Assembly: GCA_965113315.1 (NCBI GenBank)
Contig: OZ220373.1
DNA from: Podarcis vaucheri
Taxonomy: Eukaryota
Length of the DNA stretch: 64,000 nt
Reading direction: 5' to 3' (one strand)
This document shows positions 40,731-54,443 of this stretch, piece by piece (position 1 is the first letter of the stretch; the number at the start of each line of letters is the position of its first letter). The position numbers and the translations under genes are program-made. The notes below the pieces were generated by a model, which had not been told where the DNA came from, made no database searches, and saw nothing but the letters and a program-made list of their open reading frames with translations.

Positions 40731-41884
40731 CCCAACAGTGGTTAAAAAGAAAAATATGGAAAAAAAATTGGGCCACATATAAAGATTTGTTAATAGAAGT
40801 TGAAAATAAGGTAAAATTAAAGTCTTTTGAAGAGTTGAAAGGAAAATTGACCGATTGGTTGCAATATCATCAATTGCAGAATGTTTTTAAGGATGATGTT
40901 AAAAATAATGGCTTTGCAAATACTAAGTCAAAACTGGAGACTGAATTGTTAGAATGTAAAGGTAAATTTTTGTCAAAGGTGCATAATCTATTGTTAGAAT
41001 GGCATACTAAAGATGAACAAGTTAAGATGTTTATGATAAAATGGGCTAAGGATTTTGGATATAATATTCAATTAGAGGCTTGGGAAAAGCTATGGAAAAA
41101 AGGAATTAAATTCACTGCATGTACAGCCTTAAAGGAAAATATAATGAAGATGATGTATAGATGGTATTTGACACCAAATAAATTAGCAAAAATGTATAGG
41201 ACAAGTGATAATATGTGTTGGAAATGTAAAGCAAAAGAAGGGAATTTTGACTTTATGTGCTGGACTTGTTCCAAGGTTAAAGCTTACTGGGACATGATAT
41301 ATAATGAGCTTAAAAAAATGTTTTAAAATACATTTCATAAAAAAACAGAAGCTTTTTTTGTTGGGTATAATAGAAGAAATTCCCAAGAATGACTATAATA
41401 TATTTCTCTATGCCACAACGGCTGCAAGGACTCTTTTAGCCCAGAAATGGAAGCAACAAGAAGTACCAACATTAGAAGAATGGCAAACTAAAATGATTGA
41501 ATATGCAGAACTGGCAAGACTGACTGGGAAAATCCGAGGCTAGCGAGACCAACTGTTTGAAAAAGACCGGAGTAAATTTTTAATATGTTTGAAAGAACAT
41601 TGTAAATGCTTGACAACACTAACAGGCTGACTTAAAGGTTTGTTTGTTTTTTTGTTTTTTTGCAAAGTAGAGGTAGAAACCTGTTTACAATTATTAAAAA
41701 AAAGAATAAAAGGAGGTAAATAGGGGGAATTTGAAATGCTAAAGAAATTATGTAAGGATGTAAGAAAGTAGTTAGGGGGAAGGGGGAAGTCGAAGACTCG
41801 AGAGAGTCAAAATATATGTGATGATAAGAAAAAATGTTAACTGTTTGGTTTTAAAAATGAAATTCAATAAATATTATATGAAAA
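40731..41884 (+). mobile_element. 5'-truncated L1-clade LINE (ORF2 C-terminus, 3' UTR, A tail)
   Basis: ORFs 40787..41326 and 41304..41543 join across a frameshift and give KMMYRWYLTP..CWKC..CWTC (zf-RVT-type Cys motif). AATAAA and an A tail follow. TSD aagtacat(a/g)gat at 40719-40730 and 41885-41896. Confidence 0.9.
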
Positions 41885-44800
41885 AAGTACATGGATTCCT
41901 TATCTTTCCTTCTGTGTGTTTTTTAAAAACTGAACACAAGCACAGTCTCTACAACTCCATTGTTATGTAAGCATGCTGAATTTTATGTTTATCTAATTGT
42001 ATGAGTGCACACAGGAAGGCAGATTGTACACATGTTGAATGTAAGATATGAACCCTAAAGTGTGGTTTAAATGGTTCACTAGTCTGTATTAAATGATCTA
42101 GGCAAAGCTCCTGAACTCATGAAGGCAAGCTGACTTACACAACTGGAATTGATAAAAATGCTCAAGTATGCATGCATGATGGTGTGGAGGGAGTCAAACC
42201 ATCATTTTGAACCCATCAGACCTGGTAACTTTGAACTTAATGCTGTTTTAAGACTGTCTCTGCTTCACAGGAAGTGGCAATACATGACTTGAGTACAGCC
42301 CAGGACATGGAATGAGTAGGATGCACGAACCCCACATACTGTGCTGCATCTCAAGCTATTTTCAATCAGACTTGCAGACCACAGCACTGGAGGAGGAGTG
42401 TCTGCATATAGTATGGTTTCTGTTGCAGAGAAACCTCAGAATTTACAGCTTCTCGCCATCAAAGTACACTTTGGGACAAAAATATCTTTAAGGCCACTGT
42501 TTGTGTTTACAGTTAGGTCCTCCTGAACATTTAGGAGACCACATAAATATGCTACACAGCACATACTAATTTTCATAAGACGTGTCACAGACCATTGCAA
42601 ATGATTTCTTTTCATCACAATTAAAAAGATGAAATGAATAAAAGTTTCATTTAATTTTTTCTCTTTAAAATGTAATCTTAATTGCTCATTGATTCATTAT
42701 CATCTTCTCCAAATGTATTATATCACGATGCTACCATTGTTCACAGAGAGATAAAACTGTTTTTATGCATCACGGTTTCTAAAGTGAAAGAGAAATTTCA
42801 CAATTCTTTTAAAATATGCCACTCATTTAGAGTTAAAAACTTAAAGACATTTTTGCACTTAACACAATATCATCATAAATCATTAATATCTCATACTTTT
42901 ACAATAACTTGTCATACAAATGAATCTATTCTTTTAGTAACAGTTGATGGTTCAAAGACTTCAGAAACTATTTGGAACATCTTGAAAGGTATTTAAGAAT
43001 GAATTTTCTTTTTTTCCATTATTCATACTTTAAAAACAAAAGTATATTATCTTTTGAATGCACATTACATTAATAATAAAATCAATATTAAATTTTTAAA
43101 AGTTGTGGAATTGGTCTCCAGTCTACTCAATTAGCTATTCAGCTAATTATAATTAGCTGATAAGCATAGATTGAGATGGCAGACATTGACTTTAATTTGG
43201 GAAAACTTTGCTGAGTATATAGTTTTCATGAATTTTTAAAACACGTCGTCTCTTTGTCTCAGTCCATGTTCAGGAATATGGATCTAGCTCATGAAAATTT
43301 TCATTTGCTGTACTAATGGGTACGCACGAAAACTTTGCAATGGGGTAGCCAACGTGTTGTTGGACTACAGCATGGACTACAGTCATGCTGACTGGGGCCA
43401 ATGAGAGATGTAGTCCAACAACCTCTGTAGGGTACTGTGTTAGCTATCCCTACCCTACTGGCTACACTAAATTTTCTGTACGTTTGTTCATATTACTCAG
43501 CGCCATACACAACTATATACAAAACTGGAAGCAGCTGATCTGTATGTACAGGTCTAAACTTAGGCATGATGGTGCTTAAACAAAACAGTGAAATGCATTG
43601 GATCCTAGAGGAATGAGCCCACCTAGCCACTGAGTAAGATGAGTCCATCTTAATCAGTGGATGACCTACTGTCTGCACAAAGGATGAATGTGGTCTGTGT
43701 GCTATGCTGAAATGTTTTTCGATCATTCTCTATCCCCACATTTTTTATCATTTATCACTCTCTACCAACAGATGAGAAAAGAAATTACATGTGTCCATTA
43801 TCAAAGGGGTGAGGGGCGGGGGATTGCTGTATTTACCATACATTCAAGTTTGACAAGGGATGTTTGTGGATGCCCTTTTTTTCATTCCACAAATCATCTA
43901 TCCAGTGGTCTGCACTCTGCAGCCTTCATGGGTACTGTCTTTCCTGAAAACCCCATAATATCCTCAGCTGAGCTTCAGTCTGAGGAAGAAATAATTTGAG
44001 AAACTGGAGTACGGGTTGCAGCTCAGCATTAGTATATACATATAAATATAGTTCTGCAATGAGACTCTTCGTAAGGGCATGCACAAAGAAGCTCTCTAAA
44101 TATCCGAAGAGCGTCTACAGGCAACATAGTGCAATCTGATCTTCAGAAAACAGTTTAGCCAGGAGGGTAGCCAGGTCGTCTGAGGTTCACACCCTGAGAT
44201 TCTGAAGGCAGAGCATGGAGCCTCAAAAGTATGACCCAGTTCCTACTCTGGAGAAGCAACTACTTTTTCTGATTTCCATCTCTGGTGCAAGTTATTGCCC
44301 TATTTCCAAGTGTTGTTGATTATTCCTCTATTATGCCACTTCCATACAGAGTCAAAAAGTACTGAGAGTTGAAGATTATGACAGGGAGAAGGGTCTGATT
44401 GTAACAAAAAAATTGCCTAAGTTCTTACCCAGAAGACCCATGAGAAATAAGTTAACATGCTTGTGCCTTCTTCTTTTGCAGAGAGCCAGAACTGAGGCAA
44501 CTGCAAGGAAAGTTTAAAAAAGGTCAGGCTCAAGTTTGATTTTGCTACATTGTGGGTGTGTATCATTTCTTGGGATTTGAAAACTGATAGGGGTATTTTT
44601 GTCTGTGCACCCATGTCAGAATGAGTGTGTTCACTTTCCTGTTTGCCTGCATGCTTGGGTTTGCGGTCCTGCAAGTGGTTCCTCTGCCTCTCTCTCTCTC
44701 TTTTGCTCCCCCCCTTTTGTGATTGAATCATGGATAGAAGATGCAGTTAGGGTATGAAGCAAAACAGTTTCCCCATCACTGCAAAATAATGGGAGATGCT

Positions 44801-47800
44801 GCACTTGTGGAATGTCAAGTCTTCATTTAAGTATACCTTATCCCATTTTGGTATGACTGGGCCCAGTACAGTCCCAGAATGGCTCAGAGCTTCAAGAACC
44901 ATCCAACTTTCACCAGTATGAGAACATAGCCTTATACTGAATCAGCCTATGTAGCTCGACATTGTCTACACTGAGTGGCACCAGCTGTGCAGGATTTCAG
45001 ACACGGTTATCTCTCAGTCTTCCTGGAGATACAGGAGGCTGAACCTGGAACATTCTGCAAAATTTCTACCACTGACCAACAGCCCTATATCATTTCTACT
45101 GCTTCTTGCTTTAGTCAACTATTTCTGCTTACTTCATGTTTTCTATTCGCTAATCCACTTTTCAGTCTCCCTCAATTAGCAACCCAAATTCTGGCCACTC
45201 TTCCTGAAGCACCATTCTGCTGCAACATCTCCTGTGCTCCAGAACATTCCAGTGCACTTAATCAGGCCTTCCAAAAGTGCCCTTCACTTCCACTGTGAGC
45301 ACTGGTCTTCCTGGAAGAATGTCAATGCTGCCAAGGAAACACACACAACTAACATGGGCTCAGATACTGAAGAAAATTTTGAAGCTGTCCAGGCCTGTAG
45401 GTTACCCTGTAGCAACAACTTGAGTAGAAGGATCTGCTTTGAACACAGAATGTCTCAAATTCAGTTCCCTGTATCTCCAGATAGATCTGCTGAATCCCCA
45501 GGGAGCAAGATAGGCCAATGCTCCGACATGGTTCAATACAACTTCCAATGTTCCTAAAGATGAATTTCAAATTAAAAGTATTCTCATAGAGCACTTCGTT
45601 ATTCTACCACTCAGAATTAATATCAGTCTACACATTACATTATGTTCAAGGCTTCCCCGTGTTGACTGCCATAACAAGGGTTGTATTGTCTAGTGTGGTT
45701 TGCCGCACGGATCATCAGGATTTTGTGGAGTCTTTCTGCACAAGCAACAGATGCTGCTAAGAACATCTGGTACTGGCATAAAAACTCCCTATGCATTCCA
45801 GAGGATCCGAGTAGCAACAATGGTGAGGATACAGCAATGGTGAGGATAATCATCGGGTGGAAATCTGCTACACATGAATAAAGGAACGTGTAAACCAGCT
45901 CTTACTTGGAGAGCAAAGCAGGTGCTAGGCAACCTCTAAGTATATCACACGTCACTAAGTTTCAACTGAGTCCCTCCTTACTCTGCCACCAGGCACGGCA
46001 AAATAGAAAAGACAACTAAAACTTCACAGCTCACTAACACTCAAAACACGCAAAAGGAATTCACATGACAGTCATTGGTTATAAGACATCACTGCATCCG
46101 GCCGCCTGTAGATAGTTGAAAACACCCTCGGTCTTCTAATAATGCTACTGAAATGGCACAAAACCAACTGAAGTAAATCCCCAACATCCTTTTTTAAAAG
46201 GCAACTTCAGAAAGGGGAATTTGTAGCTACGAAGCCACTGTGAGTGTGTGTGTGTGTGTGCGCACGCGCGCGCACTAAAATTACCTCTACCTGCAACTTG
46301 CCTTCATCAAATCCTCTCTCTTCTACCCTTGACTTATTTTTCTTTCTTCTGCAGGGTTCCATATACATTAACCCTTTTTCTCTGACTCGGAAAGTGTAAG
46401 CAAGTAAATGATGAAAGCAATGGGGAGCACAGCAGCTTGCTCACTGGGGCTCTCTAGCTAGAGAGCAAGGCAAAGCAATGGCAAGAAGGAGCTGAAGATA
46501 TGGACAACAGAGCTGGGGAGTCCCACTAAGAAGAAGGGAACATGATAAGAGAGGGGAACCACACTAAGGATATATTGCCAGCTGCACCCCCTGAAAACAA
46601 CAACACTACAGAGCATTCACATGACCATCTGAGCTTGTGGTTTTTAAAAGTTCATTCTCATTCATGCTGCTGGCCTGCTACAATCTAAGTTGATCATAGA
46701 CAATCCACCCTAGCTTTTTGAGCAGTTGGGATGACATGCCAAAAGCCAGTCTGTCTTCACTTTACACATGGTGTGCAGCTTTCAAGTTCCTGGCTCAACC
46801 TTGGGCTGCATCAGTGAAAAACAGCACAGGCAAGCATGGGCTCAAGTGGTCATGAATGAGTCCTTAGTCCTTAAATAGCACTGGTGGAAGATGGGTCCTT
46901 GAAATAGCACCAGTGGAAGATGGCCCTAGTGAAAGTGAACAGGACTAGAACTTGTTGAAATATAAATCTGTACACAAACTGCAATATGATCCTATGCGTA
47001 CGGTAATTGTAGACAGAGATCAAGTAGCATTTTGCTTTGTAGTGAATGAAGCTTCCCTGTTTTGCAGGCAGGCCCCCCTCACATATAACTTTGTAAAACA
47101 TAACAAATTTGACTTCTTCCACCTAGAAGCCACCCCAACAATTTGTGGTAGCAAAAAAGGAACAGCACTTGGCCATTGTTTATGTTTATCTAAAATTACA
47201 GATGACATACCGTGCCACTCCTAGCTTTAATTGGCTCCGTGTAGGAGCAAAAATTACTGGTGAAAGGTAAAAGCCACAAATCTACCCACTTTGTCATCTG
47301 CTCTTGTGGTGATAGGGAATGATACAGGGTGCAGTTGTTGTTGTCGTCATTGCCCCTCCTCTGCCCCCACTCCCCGGACTATTCCTGTCTCTCCCTTTAG
47401 TAAGCTGGCAGAATAATTTTGACCATCCCATAATAACAGTGCTGATGTCCACCAAGTGTGTGGAGGGAGAAGGGACTCACTGTGACCTTTTAAATCCTTT
47501 TTCACTCTACAAACTAGAGCCATTATACCATGGCATTTCTATAGAGACATAAGCGTACAATGTGTAGGTAGGAATTATGTCTGCTAAATACTTTGCATAT
47601 TTAAATAAAGCTTCTTTGCTTTAAAATAATTTTATAAGGATTACAAAAGACTTTGAAGGGCCAGTTTAACATTGCTTGCCATGCTGCCCTGGATCTGGAC
47701 TAACAGTGCAGTCCTAACCATGTCTACAATTCCTGCTAGATTCAATGGGGCTTACTCTCAGGTAAGTGGAATTAGGATTGCAGGCTGAGTTATTTGCATT

Positions 47801-49460
47801 TGATTCCCATGACAATCAGCAGGATTTAAGCTTAATCCAGGATGACTAACTTTTCACATAGATTTCAACAAGCCCCAAGTGTGACTAATCCATTCTGGAT
47901 CCAATTCTTTACTGTTGTTCAACTGTTGTTTTCCATTCCTTATCTATTTCTATATATTTCCCCACCAAAGCCAGAAAGTCTCTTTACTCCAGAATATCAC
48001 ACTTTTGCATGTGTTTGCTAAAAAAGCATCCAAAGCAGTTAAGCACAATTAGCTTTCATAAAAAGCTGTACATGACTTTCTGCAGTAATGAGATTCCCAA
48101 GTTTGCATCTCCTTGTGTGTGTGTCTGTGTTTTCAAATCATGATTTAACAAAGGCTCCTTTTCTACCAGCTTTATGGTTACACTCCGCAGCAGTGATGGG
48201 CCGAAGCATCATTGAAGGATTCCCCCCTGACAAATCCTCCTTTGTGTAACGACTGGGCAGGACCCATTAAATGAAAGGATCTTTAAAAAGAGCAGCCAGG
48301 CACACTTCATCAGCCTGCTGCCCTGTTCTTATAATCCTTCTGGATAATTCACAGGGACAAGACAGGCTGCGAAGAGAACATTGTCACCAGTACAAGCATA
48401 GATTGCTGATCCCTAGCTGCCTGAGAGATGCTGTAAAGCTGTGGCTGTAATATATCGCACACGTACCCCACCTTGCAAGCAGCCAATTGACAAGTTTGCT
48501 AAGTATTAAGATGTACACTGATTTAGTGTCACTGACTTCAACGGAAATGAATGGACTCAGAACTAAATTCTGTATGCCAGTTCAACTGCGCAATGGATTA
48601 CACAGGCAGCGTTCAAAACTCCCATTGTTCTAGGTGCATTTTGCAACTGGGAATTTCATTAGCGAGAGCAATTTCAGAGCTCTGGGTGCAGTACTGAGCC
48701 TAAGATTTCAGATTAAAACTGCCACTGCTGGAGCTGAGGGTGTGGGAGGAGAAATTCCTGTCTGCTCAACTTCCAGGAGATCACTGCAGCAACAAGCAAG
48801 CTGATAGATTCTGCCTCTCAGTTGGCCTTACAGAAAGACAGCATTTTGAGGGACCCACATAAGAATATTAAGGAGGTGGGCAGAGAAAGCATGGCTTTGT
48901 TTTTGTTTTTGCAGTCTTCATACTAGACCATGTGAAAAATGAACATAGGATTTAAGCTGAAGTTCATTCATTTTCAGCTTTGTATTTGTGTTATAAAAAA
49001 CGTGCACCTAGACATTCCATTGTGGCACCCATAACCTAGGTTTAAGGTGCTGTTTAGCTCCTAGCTTTCATATCTCAGTTTCTAACACTGTAGACAGGAT
49101 GTGATAAAGCAGAACAGTCTAGAACATCATAGAAAAGGTCTTCTCTCTTTCTGTCTCATTAGAATAGTAGCAAACTAATAATGGAGCATGGAGTTAACCA
49201 AACTGTTCAAATTGACCCTCTATCTAGTAAAAAAACAAAAACAAAACAAAAACAACAACCAGTACATGTCCTAAGTTTTCAAATACAGGATTGCTGATCT
49301 CTGTTATGACACTTGCCTTCAAGAGTAACAGGAAGAGAGATAGTTCACAGGTATGTTAATTAACAGGTGTTTTAGGAATCCAGAATTTAAAAGGTTTAGA
49401 AGTATTTCATATCTCTTGTTCTCCCATATTCTAAAACAATTCTTTCTTAGTTTCTTTCTT

Positions 49461-49465
<5 letters not shown>

Positions 49466-49494
<29 letters not shown>
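49466..49494. repeat. (CT)n microsatellite
   Basis: Dinucleotide run preceded by TTTC units. Confidence 0.9.
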
Positions 49495-49496
<2 letters not shown>

Positions 49497-49981
49497 CTCT
49501 CTTTTACCCCATGAGCATAAGCCAGAATAGCAGCTGCATTTTGTGGTTATGCACTGCAAGATGGAAGGACTCCGAGTTGCTTTCCTTTCCTCATGCTGTC
49601 TCATACCAACACATGCTGGCAACTGGCAATCATACATGCATGAAAAGTTAGGTGGTCAAAAGAGATACCGAATTGAACATGAATCGTGAATCTCGTGGGG
49701 TTTGAAATTGCACCTTGGAGAACTGTATGTTATAAAGTTCTAAGGAGAACATTTCATTTGCAATAGAATTCACCCGGCTTAACATTACACATGCTGCAAA
49801 TGAGTTTGTATGCTGCACACCCACCCTCATAAGCAATGAGGGTGTCATTTCAGCCGTATATTACATTTTGGCAAATACAAATAAATGTTTGGGGTGAAAA
49901 CATGTTTACTAGTTAAAACAAAGCTAAAATGTTCATGAGGTAAAGGTCAGAGAATATTTCATTCCCTACTGAGCAAATGGT

Positions 49982-50024
49982 CAGGAAGCACATTTGTCTC
50001 CATTTCCTGTCAAAACAGGAAGAG
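49982..50024 (+). promoter_or_regulatory. FOX:ETS endothelial enhancer core (likely Mef2c F10 orthologue)
   Basis: caggaagcacatttgtctccatttcctgtcaaaacaggaagag has three GGAA/TTCC ETS cores and a composite AAAACAGGAA at 50012-50021. It lies in the intron between the first two coding exons. Confidence 0.75.
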
Positions 50025-50336
50025 TGCAACTTCTTCCTCCACACAATGACTTTAGTTTTGCTTCCCACCTCCAGCTCTTACTCCCTCAGGGCCTTCCAAA
50101 TGAATTTTAGAAGTGATCATTTCTTTTGCCTGTGTCTGTGACAACTCACTGACTTGGCTTGCTTTTTACTTTGTCTACTTGATAATACTAACAATTAAAA
50201 GCAATGAGATCTAAATATAGAATTTGAAGCTAGTTCATCTAAATTGTGCTCCAATATAGTTTAGTAGTACTGCACAAACAGCATAGAGCCACGATGTTCA
50301 TAATCTGTTTATAAATTGCCTTCAAAATCTGTTTCA

Positions 50337-50337
<1 letters not shown>

Positions 50338-50379
<42 letters not shown>
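50338..50379. repeat. (CA)n microsatellite
   Basis: Perfect dinucleotide run. Confidence 0.95.
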
Positions 50380-50381
<2 letters not shown>

Positions 50382-52658
50382 AATAATACTTTGAGTTATA
50401 GGAGCATTAAAAAAAAATCAAACTGGGATCCCCGACAATAAAACTAAACATGACTTCAGGTGTGATTATGTGTGATTCCCAACGTAATTAATTGGAAAAA
50501 AAAAATGTCCTTAGGCTGAAGAAGCAAACATTGTTTTCTACTTTGAGAAAGAAATGGAATTTGTTCTTAAAAATAGAACATTTTGTTCACAGCTATCAGG
50601 AAGAAAATAAGTCTTGGTACAAATAATAGCAAGAATACAAGCTTATAGGAATCAATGCTTAGTTCATATTTTTATGACTTGGAGTATGAACTGTGGCATT
50701 AGCTTTCATAGGGAAGATTTCATTTAATGCACGAAGCAGACAGTGAAAAAGATGGGCTGTGTGTGCACACATGCTTGTAAACTGGAATTAAAAATGAGCA
50801 CACAATTGAAGCAGAGACACCATCTATCAAATCAACATAAATGACATTCAGTTAAGAAGCCCATAGATGAAGATGGATTCTGCCTCCCCCGCAAACACTT
50901 GCAGGCTTGTGCTCAATTTGCATGACACAGCATACATGAGATCATTTCTGTTTGTAGTGACCTAGCCTATTGAGTTCATGATTCAAACCAGAAGAAAGTG
51001 TGTCAGATCTGTTAATTCATTAACAGATGAATTCATCCAGCATACTTTATCTGTCTCTTAAACTCCCCCCTGAAGTATAGGTCACAAATGGAATGCCACG
51101 GAAGACTAAATCCCGCCCTCACAAGTTTCTCTTGTCCATTTCTAATGTCCAATCCGTTCATAAATACAATTTTTAAAAGGACATGTTGAATGTTCACCAC
51201 ATTCAAACCACAGAAGGGCACTGATGGTAGGTGATGGAAAAGGTGTACATATATGAACTAAGGCTGTGGCCCAATTAAAGGTATCTTCTTCACATGACTT
51301 TTAATTGTTTAACTCATGTATCACATCTTGGTTCCCTATGAATAAAAAAATAGGAAAAAAACAGTTCCCCTTCTTTATTTTTAGATGATGCCCATGTGTG
51401 TCACAACAGACGCCATATTTGAAGAGCATTCTAATGCGTGTAGGAGAGCTGGGGCAACATCTCAGTCAAGAAGATGGCTGCCACCCACTATGTTTTTGAT
51501 CTTCCTGTAATAAAAAATAATGCTCAGGGGAACGGGACTCTGCTGCCTGATTCATAAGGCCATATTTTCAGTCAGTAAGGGGGTTTTAATAGATGACGTT
51601 AACAAAACTCTAGAAGGGCAATTGCAGGGCCAGAGGCTGCTGCGGAACTTTTTTTTTTTCTACAGGTGGAGAGAGAGGTCCACCACTAGAGGCCTTCCTG
51701 ATGCAGCCGTGTAAAGACCCACCACCGTCACAGAAATGGAGTATTGTAGAGAAGTGGTCAGGGGGAAACCAAAGATCTGCAGATTTCTAAGTCCCTTTGG
51801 TTCCCCTGATATAGTGCCAAAATCAGCTCAAAGCTATACTAGCACTGGAGCTGCCAAATTAAATCCCTTCCATTTGAGTCAATGGGAGGGGGAAAGGTGG
51901 AAAGGGTAATATATAGCTGTCAATCCCTCTCTGCAACCTGGCAGGACTCCATTTTGGATCTCCTGTCACCCCACCATAGAATTGCTTTGCCAATCAACTA
52001 AAAACACTGCAGGGGTAGTATAACTACGCAATACTGTAATTTATATCATTCAGTCCTATATGTGTGGAAAGAGTTGGCAGCAGAGTTTGTTGTAGGATTT
52101 TGTTTTGGGGTCAATGTTTCACTGCAGTGTTGAAAATCTCTTCCCCATGAAAGCTCAAGCTACATTAAAATGAGTTAAGGTAACTCTTCTGAGAAAAATA
52201 TTCTAAATATCTACTGATTGTATTTTAACTCACAAGTCTTGCTCCAGTTGATATATTTCTGTTACATGTTTCCCTTCCTAACAGCAAAAACAAAGTTGCA
52301 CGAAACTTTATTGTATTGTATTTTTAATTTTGTGATTTTAAACAGTTTCGTGAGTTGCTGGGTACCATCTTGCAACTTTGTACTCCTGTGCTTAGCTACA
52401 CGAAGCAGGAATATACAAAAAGAAACAGTATCTTCATTGTGAAGGAATAAAATTATATTAAGGGTGAAATGTATGGAAAAGACAATCTCCTTCTCTGTGT
52501 TGTGAGCCAGAAGAAGTCTAACAGTGCCATCTTATGCATGCCTACTTGGATATAAATCCTACTCAGTTCTGTAACACTTACTCCCAGGTCAGTGTGAATA
52601 GGACAATAGGCCAAATATTTGTTTTCCTGGATATTATGCCACTTCTCACTTGCAAACA

Positions 52659-53035
52659 AGGAGGGGACCAAGATGATTAAGGAAACCAAGCCTTATGAGG
52701 AACAGTTGAGGGAGTTGGGTATGTTTAGCCTGAAAAAGACGATATATGATAGCCATCTTCAAATATATAAAGGGCTGTTGCATGGAAGATGGAACAAGCT
52801 TGTTTCTTCCACTCCAGAGGGTAGGACCTGAACCAATGGATTCAAGTTACAAGAAAGGAGATTCCAACTGAACATCAGAAATAACTTTCTCACGGTAGAA
52901 GCTGTTCAGCTGTGGAATGGACTCCCTTGGAAAGTGGTGGGCTCTCATTCCTTGGTGGTTTTTAAGCAGAGGTTGGATGGCCATTTGTTATGTTTGATTT
53001 AGCTGAGATTCATGTATTGCAAAGGGTTGGACTAG
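52659..53035 (+). mobile_element. CR1 LINE 3' fragment
   Basis: Encodes TKMIK..PYEEQLRELGMFSL, typical of the CR1 ORF2 C-terminus. Shares tttaagcagagg and gggttggact with the 31679 copy. Confidence 0.88.
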
Positions 53036-54287
53036 CTTAAACTCTCCTTCCTATCTGCCAGTCCCCCACTTCCCAGAAGGTTCTTCTAGCCCCTAATAGG
53101 GATGAGTGAATCAGAAAATTTCTCTTTCTTTCTGTTCCTGCTCATTTTTCTCTACATTTCCATGTCGTTTTCTGATTTTTTTAAAAAAGGGAAAATACAT
53201 TGATATTTTAGTGTACATTTATTTTAAGAGCCAAATTTTTAATGCAGTTTTGCTTAATATATACATTTTTTGCAAGCAATTCCCCCTGATACGGTGCATC
53301 TCTGTAGGTTGTTTTCACAAATGTTGGCATCTTTGTACACATTACTTGGCTGGAGAACTGCAATGAACTGGAGGAATGTGAATTTCAAAGGATGGCTGTG
53401 TTTCAGTTCTCATATTGTTTTGGAAAATGCAGATTAGGTATATTTGCCTATAAATGCAAACGGGATTAAATTTATTTCTTACCCGTTGCCCCTACATTAG
53501 TGTACTGTAGGGAAAAATACAGAGTTGGATATCTTTGATTTGTCTTTACATTTCACATATTACACTCCTTACCTGGGCATCCCCTTCTACACCTTCTGGC
53601 AAAAATAAGCTTAAAACAATAGCAAGATTTGTGGGTTGCATTCAACTAATTTCAAAGCTAAGTCCATCAATTTCAGTGAGTTCTGAGTATTACATAGCTG
53701 GATTCAAATCAGTGTTACTTCGAAACACAGGTATACTCAAAAGCAAGGGTTGCAGAACCCTGCAAATTTTACTTCAGTGAACTATCAAATCACACTAGAT
53801 TATTTTTAGCATTACTAAAAATCTGCCACAGCATATGATTTTAGGGTTCTTTAAATACACCTGAGGTCTTGAGAATCTCAGCTTCTATTTTAAAACTAGT
53901 CAAACAATTCTAACATTGTTAAGTTGTAGAGAGGGAAGATTGAGAACACAACCTTGAATGTGTGACATGCAGTCACAAAGGGAAAATGGCAAGCAAAGTT
54001 TAATGCCGTAATTGTAAATCAGTTTCATGAGTTCATCTTGCAACTGCAGGGCTAGCTTAAGAGGAAAGACAAATCCTGATGTCTTCCAGGTCAGGATTTT
54101 CACTCTCTCTACTAAATCATTGAAATCTAGAGCACATTCAGTGAGCCATTATGGATGCAAAGTTCAAGCCTCATTGATTTCAAGAGAAAAAAACAAGTCT
54201 TTCTGAAATTCACCATGGAAGTGACCAGGACTTATGCTTAGCTTTGAATGAATCGTGTCTTCTGTATATTCTTCTCACAGTAAGTGA

Positions 54288-54443
54288 AGAGTGACATAGC
54301 GCAGCTGTAGAACATCTCTTTTGCATGCAGAAGGCCCAAGATTCAACTCCTAGCATCTCCAGATATGACTGGGAATGTCCCTTCTCTGAAAACCTGCCAT
54401 TCAGTTAGGTGGGTGAATTTGGTATGAGGACACTTCCTATGTT
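54288..54443 (+). mobile_element. Squam3-like SINE
   Basis: tRNA-like head (tgcatgcagaaggcccaagattcaactcctagcatctcc) and cttcctatgtt tail. Similar copies at about 6186-6330 (+), 45410-45555 (+), 44921-45085 (-) and 3115-3260 (-). Confidence 0.65.

Noticed and set aside
40787-41543. Host protein-coding gene
   Set aside because: Frameshifted, 5'-truncated L1 ORF2 with an A tail and TSD.
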